Below, one piece after another: positions 1-10,215 of a stretch of DNA of 64,000 bases. The notes under the pieces were generated by a model. The model searched no databases and was not told where the DNA came from. It worked only from the letters and a program-made list of their open reading frames with translations. The stretch comes from Daphnia carinata. Lineage: Eukaryota. The stretch is taken from positions 1,860,001 through 1,924,000 of the forward strand of contig NC_081334.1 in the NCBI RefSeq assembly GCF_022539665.2. The letters are read 5' to 3'. Both the position numbers and the translations under genes were made by a program. How positions within the stretch are numbered: the first letter of the stretch is position 1; the number at the start of each line of letters is the position of its first letter.

Positions 1-87
1 AAATATTTAATTTGTTTTTTTTAATTTTTTAGTTTCAGCAAAAATGCAACATTGCTAAATGCCAGCAAATTAGGAGTTAGTTCCACG

Positions 88-438
88 CATGGCCTACTAT
101 AATAACGGCCAGCAAGCACGCAATACCCCCTGCGCCTAAAACTAAATTGCCAGAGGGGCCTAATACCCCAAATCGAAGTCCATTTTCTACAGCTTCATCC
201 CACCCATTCCAATTTCTTTTACTTTTTCCACTGATTGGCAATGGTGGAGAGGTACTACTGCCGTAGTACCTCAAACAGAATTCCACTTTCCACTGGTTTT
301 TTCCACTCATTCCAATCTGTATTAGTTACCAAACAGTGGAAAATGGAGCTCGGTTTGGGGTATTAGACCCCTCTGGCAATTGAGTTTTAGGCGCAGGGGG
401 TATTGCGTGCTTGCTGGCCGTTATTATAGTAGGCCATG
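88..438. mobile_element. 351-bp MITE with ~100-bp terminal inverted repeats and 8-bp TSD (P-element or hAT type)
   Basis: 88-190 (CATGGCCTACTATAATAACGGCC...) is the near-perfect reverse complement of 337-438. The 8-bp duplication GTTCCACG flanks it at 80-87 and 439-446. No transposase is present. Confidence 0.9.
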
Positions 439-649
439 GTTCCACGTCACTGGTACATTCAGCGCTCTAGTTCCAAGATGGCGGACAATATGTTCAGAGC
501 TTTAGAGTTCAGACACATCTTTAAGCTTACGCCACGCTCTTGTTCATCACCATTTCACATTTTCTTTGAACCATTGTGTGAAGGTAAATGATAAGATTCT
601 AAGGTAAGCAAAAAAATCGTTTATAATACCAGAAATTGAAATTTAAATG

Positions 650-2985
650 AAAGCAACTTTTAATTTTTCTGGCATCTACATTCACGCAAATATTGGATGA
701 AATTTCTTATTTAATAAAGTAACATTTATTTTAGCTCTTCATTCCAGGTTACTGACAATCTGCAAGCTGATCAACAAAGATGTTTTGTTACTACAGAGCT
801 TGATTTGCTTGTTGCAACAATTGATAACAGAAAATGACGATGAGGATGACGTTTTGGTGAATGTGATGCACTTGAAAGGTGACAGACAATTATGTCCCTG
901 TAACTAGTATGGCTTGGAATTTAGTTTTTTTCCCCCGATGGTTAGTACATCTATAGTTTCAAGATAATGAATAGATAGGTAAAAGGCTTTTATTACTTGA
1001 AATGCCTTATAATTAAAAATTACCATTTTCATACAAAATTAAGGCTACCTGTTCCAGGGATTGATAGTAGAAAGTGATGGTGAGGTTTTGGGGAGAGCAA
1101 CTTCCTTCAAAAGTTATTTTAAAAAATCAAGGTATAAAATATAGATATGAGTGTCTCACAAGCTATTGAATGTTTAACGGAAAAGGGATTTCTATTACTT
1201 GAAATGGTGATTCTAACAAAATACAATTTTTGTGCAGAAAGGTTTTCATGGAACAACACGCTGGTGAACGACTGACGAACTTGTCAACAAGTAAAAATAT
1301 TGGGTGCTACTAACGAATGAGTTTGCACAGTCAAAATGGGCTTGTAAAGAATGGATTGTTGAAGAAGACGATGGACTGTGGTGCCTTGGCGCTAAACACA
1401 CTGGTAGCCAGTAGATGGCGTGAAAATCCAATGACTGAAAGGCTAAGAGATGGCGTAGCAAGTCGGACGTGACCCTGAAAACCCAATAGATGGCGTAGCA
1501 AGCCGGACGTGACCCTGAAAACCCAATAGATGGCGTAGTAAGTCGGACGTCACCCTGAAAACCCAATAGATGGCGTTGCAATTTGGACGTGATCCTGAAA
1601 ACCCAATAGATGGCGTTGCAAGTCTGACCTGAAGCCGTAGCGCTATAAATGGCGTTACGAGTGTGCCCTGAATCCGTCACCCAACGGATGACGTTGCAAG
1701 TCTGACCTGAATCCGCCACCCAATGGATGACTTTGCAAGTCTGACCTGAATCCGCCACCCAATGGATGACGTTGCAAGTCTGACCTGAATCCGCCACCCA
1801 ATGGATGACGTTGCAAGTCTGACCTGAATCCGCCACCCAATGGATGACGTTGCAAGTCTGATCTGAACCCGAAGCCCAATGGAGTTTCAAGGCTGGCCTG
1901 TAGTCCGGCGCGGCGTTGCGTGCTGCCTTGAACCAAACTGAAATTCTTGGCCTTCGATGAATTTTCGGGTACTTCTTCACTTTGACAAGCTCAAGTTTTC
2001 TAGACTGATCTTATTTAATTTTCTTGACATAGGTTAGATGAAGAAAAGTAGTGAAATGGAAAATGTTCTGCGGAAATGTTGAATGTTCAGATTTGTAACA
2101 GCTGTGAGATGGATAATTTCACTGTCACACATCTTGGTATATCTTTTATCAATTGACTTAGTGTTGAACTTCTTGCAAACTCATTTCCTCTTGACTCATG
2201 TAGTAAAAGAAAGTGACACCGCATATGTAAATACCTTACATAGGAAAAGTCATCTGCGCTGTAGGATACAACCCTTTGTCTGTCTTGTAGATTTTTAGGT
2301 GCAGTTAGTTAAATGCTGTGGTAATGATAACTTACGCTGGCTGCCTAACATTCCTTAAGTTGAGTTTTATACTAATAGAAATCTCATGGTAACTAAATGA
2401 AACACTATTTCTTACGCCTACCATAGTTTTGCAGATACATCTGAAATGTCAAGTTTTGTTGAGGTCATCAATTGATACAATACCAACAAATTTATTTCAC
2501 AGTCGTGAAATGAGTAATGGCTAACATATCAATTATACCAGGTAAAGTGAAAACACTTGTAATCTTTACTTCGACGTAGCATTACAAGTAAAATTCACTT
2601 TGGGCTGTTAGAATGCAAATAATTTTTAATCTGTTGATGGGTGCTTAAAGAAATTTTCTTTGTGGTTTTTAGATATGGTGGAACTGATACTACAGTGACT
2701 GTTGGAAGGTGTTTCTGAGCATCATTTATCCCTTATGAAGTCATGACCCTGTATTGGCGTACCAATTCAATTGACAATGTCTTATATGTGAAAATAATGG
2801 ATAATTTTAACCAGTGGATGTGTGCCCAATGGTATTACTTGAAAGTAATTTGTAATTTATTTTTACAAGAACGGATAACTGTAAAATTTTTGCATTAATG
2901 CTTTTTGGCTTTGTAGGAAATGTAATTCCCTCAAACATGTGTGATCTACTGTATAGGTAATCAAAGCAATTTTTCTTCAGAGTGC
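650..2985 (+). repeat. Repeat module B, left copy (decayed spliced gene-like sequence with internal minisatellites)
   Basis: Colinear by-eye homology to the reverse complement of 61465-63600, e.g. 2918-2960 GGAAATGTAATTCCCTCAAACATGTG versus 61495-61540. AG/GT-bounded exon-like blocks are shared. Confidence 0.8.
1408..1880 (+). repeat. Tandem minisatellites: about 4 x 40-bp then about 5 x 39-bp units, each with a CTCF-like core
   Basis: Unit GACCCTGAAAACCCAATAGATGGCGTAGCAAGCCGGACGT recurs at 1471/1511/1551/1591. Unit GTTGCAAGTCTGACCTGAATCCGCCACCCAATGGATGAC recurs with a 39-bp period to ~1865. Confidence 0.95.
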
Positions 2986-3154
2986 TGAATTAAGTTCGTG
3001 TCATGAAAATGACTATGGAAAAATTTTTAAGTAACTTGAATTGGTGATTAACATGGTACTTTTTTTAAGGATTTTTTTTAGGAATGTTTTCAACAAAGGC
3101 AAAATATTTTTCAAGGGGTTACCCTTGGTTAATGTCACATAGTAGACAGAATAG

Positions 3155-3900
3155 GAATTTAATGTCACGTCAATGGTACATAACAGTATTTTAGTTCTAA
3201 AATGGCGGGCAAAAATTTCTTTGGGCCGTGTATTAAGTTATCTTATCAATGTTTAAATTAACGACAAACAAACGCTTAGGATTGAATTAATTCATTATGT
3301 TCGTATGTATAATTTTATTTTTAAAATATTTTGTGAGATAACTTCTGTTAAAGGAATATTTCAGACAGTGTAGAGGCAAAACATTGAATTTTCCATATAA
3401 TAGTAGTTTAGGAGGGTTCAATTGATACTGCATATGCCTTTCTTTTTGTAGACAACGAAGTTTTGTTTTACACTGCTAAAAAAATGAGTTATGCATCCCT
3501 TCACATTAATGTTAAAGTAGAATAACATTTACTTTCATATTTTATTCTAGGTTGCTGCCAATCTTTGCTAGCTGATCATAAAATGTAGTGTGGTTACATA
3601 GGTAGGTTCATCTTTCTGTTTTCCTGACAGAATGGTTCTCATTAGGTAAAGAAAAAAACATTTACTTATGAATTTTATTTCATAAGTTGTGGTCAATCTG
3701 CTAGCTGATTTATTAAGATTATTGTGACTACATAGCTTTGTTTGCCTGTTTCACGAACCGAAGAAACACGAAGTACGCTCAAAAGATGGCGTGGCAATCC
3801 AATGGATGGCGGCGCAAGCTTCGTCCGAAAACCAATAGATGGCGGAGCAAGCTTCGTCCGAAATCCAATAGATGGACTAGCCAACCATCCTGCAATTAAT
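3155..3900 (+). repeat. Second, partial module-B-related unit with a 33-bp minisatellite (3799-3880)
   Basis: 3165-3210 resembles 441-490 (CACGTCA..GGTACAT..TAGTTC.AA.ATGGCGG). 3370-3600 matches the reverse complement of 63660-63990. CCAAT(A/G)GATGG recurs with a 33-bp period. Confidence 0.7.
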
Positions 3901-4220
3901 GGCGTTGGAAGCTGCACTTGAAATCGAATAGCTAGAGTTGCATGCTAGGTTAGCAGGCAATTTACTGCTTAGTTGTCTACCAAACAAGGGTAAATACCTT
4001 CTTGGTGGCTGTTATACGCAGATTTATTATTCGTTGACGATAGATTCTAGGTATATCAGACAAGAACACTTAAACAGGAGCAAAATATTTTTCCAGTGAC
4101 TACCACTGGTTTTCTTCTCAAATGCTGTGGGGAAGCCAATTAGGAATTGTTGGCTTTTGATGAATGTTACAGGTACATGTTTATTTTCACAATCAAAAGT
4201 TGTCTGCATTAATAAGCCTG

Positions 4221-4455
4221 CTTCACTTTGTTAAGATTGCGTATCAAACTGAATGTAGCCTATCATTTCTCTGCTTAAATCTAGTCTTTCGTACGCAGTG
4301 TACAGCAGAGAGAATTCGTAACGAGAATTCTCCAGTTCCGCCAATGGGGTGAATCGAGACTAATCCACCATACTATTTCGGCTATTTTGTTCTACACCAA
4401 TGATAGATGGCGTTTAGGTGATGTTTCGTTGTTTGTTCATAGATGGTGTTGTAAG
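4221..4455 (+). repeat. Module C, left arm of a degenerate inverted repeat pair
   Basis: Aligns by eye to the reverse complement of 9930-10215 (TTCACTTTGTT; TGAATGTAGC..TCATTT..ATCTAGTCTTT; TGGGGTG; TCCACCAT; two ATAGATGG motifs). Confidence 0.65.
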
Positions 4456-6127
4456 CTGCGTTTCCGCTTGTAATTCAAAGATCATGAGGCAATTCAGTAA
4501 CGACAACTGTTTTGGAATTGGTATGATGGAACTCTGGTAGGAAACTGCAAGTTGTTTTCTTGCAGGAGTATTAAAATAACAAAAAACTTTTGAAACAGTG
4601 TCCAAAAAATGTTTGTGATTTACTTGTTTGTGATTTACTTTTTTGAATTACAAAGATGCTGAATTGCAAGAAAGTGCTTATATTGGAAGAGGAGACTATA
4701 AGGCACATACGTCGAATATTGATCGATTACTCAGGAAGGAACGATTTTAGTCTTACTCTTCTGCTGGATTATGGCATGCTACCAACATTTTCAGCTCACA
4801 CAGGTATCTGCTTAGCCTACTTAATAAGATGATCTTACTTAAAATTTTCATTCGTTACTGTAAATGCTACTACCATATCACTCCACAAACAAAACTGATT
4901 TGTGGTGTGATGAAATAAGCTGTTACTGTAGACTTTGGTCTTGGAAGTTTTCCAGACCTTACATCAGCTGTATAAGTGTGTTGGGTATTGGTGATAGGAG
5001 ATATTGAGTTTTGGAATGATATGAATGACAGGACAATCATTATAGAATCTTTAGACCAGCAAGCCATACTTTCAAACTAAAATTTTCTCCTTTGGCTTTA
5101 GATTTCTGTAATGGCTTTGCCTCTGATGATGTTCAATTAGGGCACCTTCCATTGACTAGTGCATGACAAATGAGCCTACACCTAACAACTTTGCATATTC
5201 TGCATGTCATTTTGCACTAGTCATTGGTGCATTCTTGTTGAACCTCATTTGTTGAAACTGTTGTTGAAACTGTTAGGATCAGCTGGTTGCGATTACATGA
5301 TATAGTTCATCGTCTGATAACAAGATCAGTTAATTAATTGAAATTGGAATGCAGTATATTTTTAATGGATCCCCTGTTTGTTATTAGATTTCGCAAGTCA
5401 TTGCAGCCGTTTCGGTGTTTGCGCTGCGTTCCACTTGCAGGATTTGTCGAGTTGCATTCAACAGCCGTCTTGTGAATGACGATGAGAACGTAAGCATCAG
5501 TGAATCTGATTACAGTCTGGCATTCGCTACTGATCTTTTACGAGTTAACAATCAATTGTTGATAACTTACGCCAATTAAGTATTTTCCCATATCAAAAGC
5601 AAGACATTCAGCTGTACTGGAAGGGATATCCAATTATTTTTTGCCTTCCGGCCGACCTGTAGCCCACCGTAGCTCATGCAGCAATTAATGGTAGGTTTTG
5701 GTGAAAGTTCGCCGGTCGTCAGATAAACTTATATAGTAGGTACATTTACTATTTCTCGTTCTTTGTCACGTTATACGGCTGCAAATTGATTCTCAGGTAT
5801 GACGTGTCTCTTGGTCTCATCTCGTTGCCTTGTATTTTTGCTTTTTATCGACAAAGGAAAAGAGAAGTTTGATTCTCGGGGCTGTGATGTACATGTAGAA
5901 AAACCAGGTAAGATAAGTCCCATTTTAAACAAAAATATGTAGAACACTTTTATGCTAGAAGAACTGTTTGATGTTGGTTGGATACGCGCATATGGAACAG
6001 CAGTGAAATCTTTCTTAAATGTTGAATCCAAATAATGTATTTTCCTCAATACTTAAATTTGTGAATAAACACCTTGTTCTGAAATTCCTGTTAGATTTAC
6101 CTTTATTTTAGTAATAAATAAAAAACC

Positions 6128-7014
6128 AGATGTCGCTGGTGCGCAACCTTATTTGTTTACTAATGATGTGTGACAGTGGTGTGACAAGTGAAACTTGTTT
6201 GAAAGCTTTGGTTAATTGTGTTATATTCCAACGGGCAGTTATGTAAAACTAACTACAATTATGTGACTTACTCCATGTATAGTTTTTGGAAGTTAAGCAT
6301 ACCAAATGGTTGATTTTTTATGTAACAGGTAATCTTGTAAGCTATGCAGGCTGCCAATTCCAAACAGTCATTGATTACCCTGTTAAATTACCTTAGCATT
6401 CCATCATGCTATTGTGTTGTTCATCGAGAGGTATCTAACTTGTATGTTTGCCATTTGTTAACCAATTGACATGATTCTACCTTTAAGATCTTGCTCGTGG
6501 AACTTGCAACGCAAAGGATGATAACCTGGAGGAAGGTTACCAATGTTGTGCATTCGTGGAATCAATATGCCACTGTCTCCTTCTGCCACACCTTACCCAG
6601 ATATAAGAATCAGTTTTGATCTGATAGATGCATTGTGTTTCACTTTGTTTTGTTAAAAACGGTTAGCCACCAGCACCTGCCAACACACATTGACATTGAT
6701 GTCAAACCAATCTCTTTTGGTATTTTAAGTTTTAGGCTAGCCTAGTATTGCTTTTCTTCAAATTTAGTATTCCATCGTAGGACTGCCAAGCCTCAGCCTT
6801 CTTCAGCAAAATTGGTTGCTCTACAATTCTTGCAGTCTTCACCAACAGTTGTAAGTAGAATGGCTGTCTTCGTTATAATTAAGCCAATAATCCTAAAACC
6901 CCATGCAGTGACATGTTTTCTTCAACTTTATCATTTAGAACCATTTCATCTTCTCCTTCAGTCCCACGCAAAATTGGAAATTGAAATCCTAAGTTTTGCC
7001 TGTCTTCGCTTCAT
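6128..7014 (-). pseudogene. Decayed ORF of unknown family in module A
   Basis: Both copies start ATGAAGCGAAGA. Stretch DSGILIPRMHNIGNLPPGYHPLRCKFHEQDLK versus DSGVLIPRIHFVGELPPGWHLFRCKFHKLDLK in the right copy shows several synonymous differences. Stops and frameshifts occur elsewhere. Confidence 0.4.
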
Positions 7015-7047
7015 GGTCCGTCTGCGCCTCGCTCGTCGCATTATCTT

Positions 7048-7335
7048 CGCCTCGCCCGTCACCCCGTCGTCGCCTCGCCCGTCGCCCCGTCGTCGCCTCG
7101 CCCGTCGCCCCGTCGTCGCCTCGCCCGTCGCCCCGTCGTCGCCTCGCCCGTCGTCGCCTCGCCCGTCGCCCCGTCGTCGCCTCGCCCGTCGCCCCGTCGT
7201 CGCCTCGCCCGTCGCCCCGTCGTCGCCTCGCCCGTCGCCCCGTCGTCGCCTCGCCCGTCGCCCCGTCGTCGCCTCGCCCGTCGCCCCGTCGTCGCCTCGC
7301 CCGTCGCCCCGTCGTCGCCTCGCCCGTCGTCCCGT
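7048..7335 (+). repeat. CpG-rich 23-bp minisatellite (CGTCGTCGCCTCGCCCGTCGCCC)n
   Basis: 23-bp period (7065, 7088, ...), about 12 units, essentially no A on the + strand. A degenerate counterpart lies at ~59760-59920. Confidence 0.95.
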
Positions 7336-7462
7336 CTACGCCTCACCGGTCATCCCTTCTTCGCCTCATGGTTGCCTCGCCCGCCATCCCGTCATCGTTT
7401 CGTGGTCGCCGTGTCTTCGCCTCGTTTTTTGGTATTGTGTGTGTTTTGTAATGTTAAGTATT

Positions 7463-7783
7463 AACTAACCCGTTGGCTGCCACCCCACCTTTTATCCCCT
7501 TTTTTTTTGTAGCTTGACAGGGACGGGCCGCGCTGTTCTGCGCCATGGTCTATCTGCCATGGGGTGGAGCAGCGCCACTGCCCAAAATTGGCCGAATGGC
7601 CCCAGGCAAGGCACCATAGGGAATCCCTTGTTCGAGACGGCGATGTAGACCTGGGATGTGCCTTTCCGGAAAGGTCTCATCGCCGTTTCAGCCCGGACTG
7701 TCCTCAGTCCCACTTGGTCGCTATCCCTATGATAGCGACGTAGCGACCGTAGTTTAGATGGCGTGGCAGCCAACGGGTTAGTT
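7463..7783 (+). ncRNA. Candidate structured RNA (IR-bounded, multi-helix, pseudoknot), copy 1
   Basis: Perfect 21-bp IR at 7463-7483/7763-7783. Internal helices have G-U pairs on the + strand and compensatory changes relative to copy 2. Confidence 0.6.
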
Positions 7784-7920
7784 TTAAGTGTATTTATGTA
7801 TGTATTGTATGTTGTATTATGTGGAATATGTATAGTGGTGGATTTGTGGGTGGAAGGAGGGAAAATAAAATGCTTTGTAACATTATTTACTTTTTGCATT
7901 TATTTATATAGTTGTTTTAT

Positions 7921-8353
7921 TGACTGATATGGGGATCGAACCCGAGTACTATAGTATGCTAATCAGTAGCGTTGCCATTATGCCATCTATTACTTGTTGT
8001 TTCATGATACGCATTCCATAATAACCTAATGTCGAACTTAGTTTAACATACGCATCAAAATCTAAACTAATGTTTATGAGGACAGTCTTGGCGCAATGGT
8101 AGCGCGCTGTGCTGGAATGCGATAGGTTTGTGGTTCAAATGCATCACAATTTGAAATTGTCTCACTCTTGAAAAGCGTGAGAAAAGTCTTCGTGCAGCAT
8201 CAATGTATTTTCGATTAAAATAATTTTTCATTTTTTAGGATATTCGACATTACAAGTAGGTTGTCGGAAACAATCCGTGAGTGGAACATCTGGGAATTGA
8301 ACCCTAGAAATTCAACTTCTTAAGCCGATGCTCTACCACTGAACTATATCACA
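7921..8353. promoter_or_regulatory. Three tRNA-like Pol III A/B-box units (-,+,-)
   Basis: Minus 7921-7990 (TGGCATAATGG / GGTTCGATCCC); plus 8082-8153 (TGGCGCAATGG / GGTTCAAATGC); minus 8281-8353 (TAGTTCAGTGG / GGTTCAATTCC). Acceptor stems do not pair. Confidence 0.7.
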
Positions 8354-8639
8354 TGTTTTAATACTACTATTACTAATAGCGAACGTAGGAATAAGATTTG
8401 GACTTAGAAAAAAAAAGCAAACTCCTTTTTCGTTGCCTGACCATTCACTGGCTCAGAACATCGAAGCAAAGACCCAGGCCACTTGCCTTTACGAATACCA
8501 ATACCTAATATCCTGAATACCTTTTTATTTTTCTCAGAGGGATGTCTTTCCAATGTTTCACATATTGTACATCAGTTGTAGAGAAAAATCCCTTTTTCTC
8601 TAGCGCGTACAAGTACAAGTTTTTTTTAGCATCATGCTT

Positions 8640-8644
<5 letters not shown>

Positions 8645-8674
<30 letters not shown>
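8645..8674. repeat. (AC)n microsatellite
   Basis: About 15 AC units, directly visible. Confidence 0.98.
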
Positions 8675-8678
<4 letters not shown>

Positions 8679-9929
8679 TATGTATATAACCAAACATACA
8701 ATTTAACTTAAAAATCACGTCCAATAACTTGGGACCTTACGGCGAATTAGGAATGATGAACAATACAATGAAATTGCAAATCAGCTCACCCCGCCAGTTC
8801 CAATAAATGAGGTTTGCAGAAACAATGCAGAATATGGCAGGTGTTGAGGTGTATAAGGCTCATTTGTTGTGCACTAGTCAACGGAAGGTGCCCTGATTGA
8901 ACGTCAGAGGCAAACCCATCAAAGGGGAAAATTTTAGTTCGAAAGTATGTGTTATTTGTCTATACATTCTCTGCTTACTCTAGTTTGTCCTGTCACTGAT
9001 ATTATTTTAAAACTCAATCAGTCCTATCACTAATACCTTACGTACTTTTACGGATGATTTTAAGTCTGGAAAACATCCACATCTACAGTGACTGCTATTT
9101 CATCATATCACAAACTGTTTTTGCCTGCAGAGTGATATAATCTTAGCATCTACACGAATGAAGAGAATTTTAATTAAATTACTCAATCTTATTGATAATG
9201 CTAGGCAGTTACCTATGAAATCGGAAATGTTGGCAACATGCCACATTTCAACAGAACTGCAAAGACCGTAGTCATCCATTCTTGAGCAGTCCATCAATAT
9301 TTCTACATGTACGCCTGATTTTTCTCCTTACAAGAAAAGCTTTGTATTTGCCACTGGGCAAATAAGCTATTCACACATTTGGTTTTCACTTTGCATGTGT
9401 TTAGATTTATGAAAATAATATTAACACCTAATGGCCTCTGTATAAAATGCTGTGTTATTCTTATCATTCTGTACAGAAAAACTTGCAATATCATACCTGA
9501 ATTCCAGAACAAATTGTGTTTATTGAATCAACTTGCGATTTTTGTGCTTCAAGCAGAAACATGGCCAGGTATCTTGAACCAAGTAAACGAAGATGACATC
9601 AGATACTTGCAAACACAACCGTGGAATGATACAAATGACGCAAGTGCAAGACAGAATGAGCGACTACCCCACAGGTAGTTAGACTGGCACGTGTTAGAAG
9701 AAAAGTGAAACATTCATCAAGGCGTCGCTTGAAGTATATGCCAACTGTAAAAGTTTTAGCTTTTGTTGCAAATGTATCCAATTTCTACAGAGTTTAACAC
9801 CAAGAAATCCATTGTCAGTTTTTTTAAAAATTGTGATAAAACTGAGTTCTTTCAGGGATTCCTGTGCTTCCTTTTGATGTTCAACTTTGTGCAAATCCTT
9901 TTTTTTTCTTTTTTTAATAACGTAAATAT

Positions 9930-10215
9930 ACATTACTTCGCCATCTATGAATCAAATAATTTATCATTACTTCCAATACGCACACAAAAATTCTATATTA
10001 CCTATAGCGCCATCTATGAATGGTGGAAACAACTGTGAAAGCAAAAGCAATTCAGTCGCCATGGAATGGTGGACTCACACCCCACATGGCGTAGCCGGTG
10101 ACTAGCCGGAACCAATTTCTTCCTACGCTGCACTCCTTACGAAAAAAGACTAGATATTATCGGAAAATGAAAAGCTACATTCAACTCAATACACAGTTTT
10201 CACAAACAAAGTGAA
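9930..10215 (-). repeat. Module C, right arm (inverted relative to 4221-4455)
   Basis: Counterpart of the left arm. Contains CGCCATCTATGAA twice (~9939, ~10009). Confidence 0.65.

Larger units (their letters stand above)
6063..8603 (+). mobile_element. Repeat module A, left copy (unclassified putative mobile element)
   Basis: Colinear direct homology to 58756-61088 over ~2.4 kb. Both copies have the same order: decayed ORF region, CG-rich minisatellite, IR-bounded core, three tRNA-like units, conserved TACTACTATTACTAATAGCGAA block. Confidence 0.8.

Noticed and set aside
1246..1980. 244-aa and 93-aa repetitive ORFs
   Set aside because: By-products of the 39/40-bp minisatellites; not preserved in the homologous right copy.
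6812..7468. Arg/Pro/Ser-rich ORFs on both strands (also 59632-60007)
   Set aside because: They arise from the stop-free CG minisatellite; a 23-bp unit cycles through all frames.
7463..7472. Telomerase RNA template (CTAACCC)
   Set aside because: Too short, locked in the terminal IR, and does not give 1.5 copies of the arthropod TTAGG repeat.
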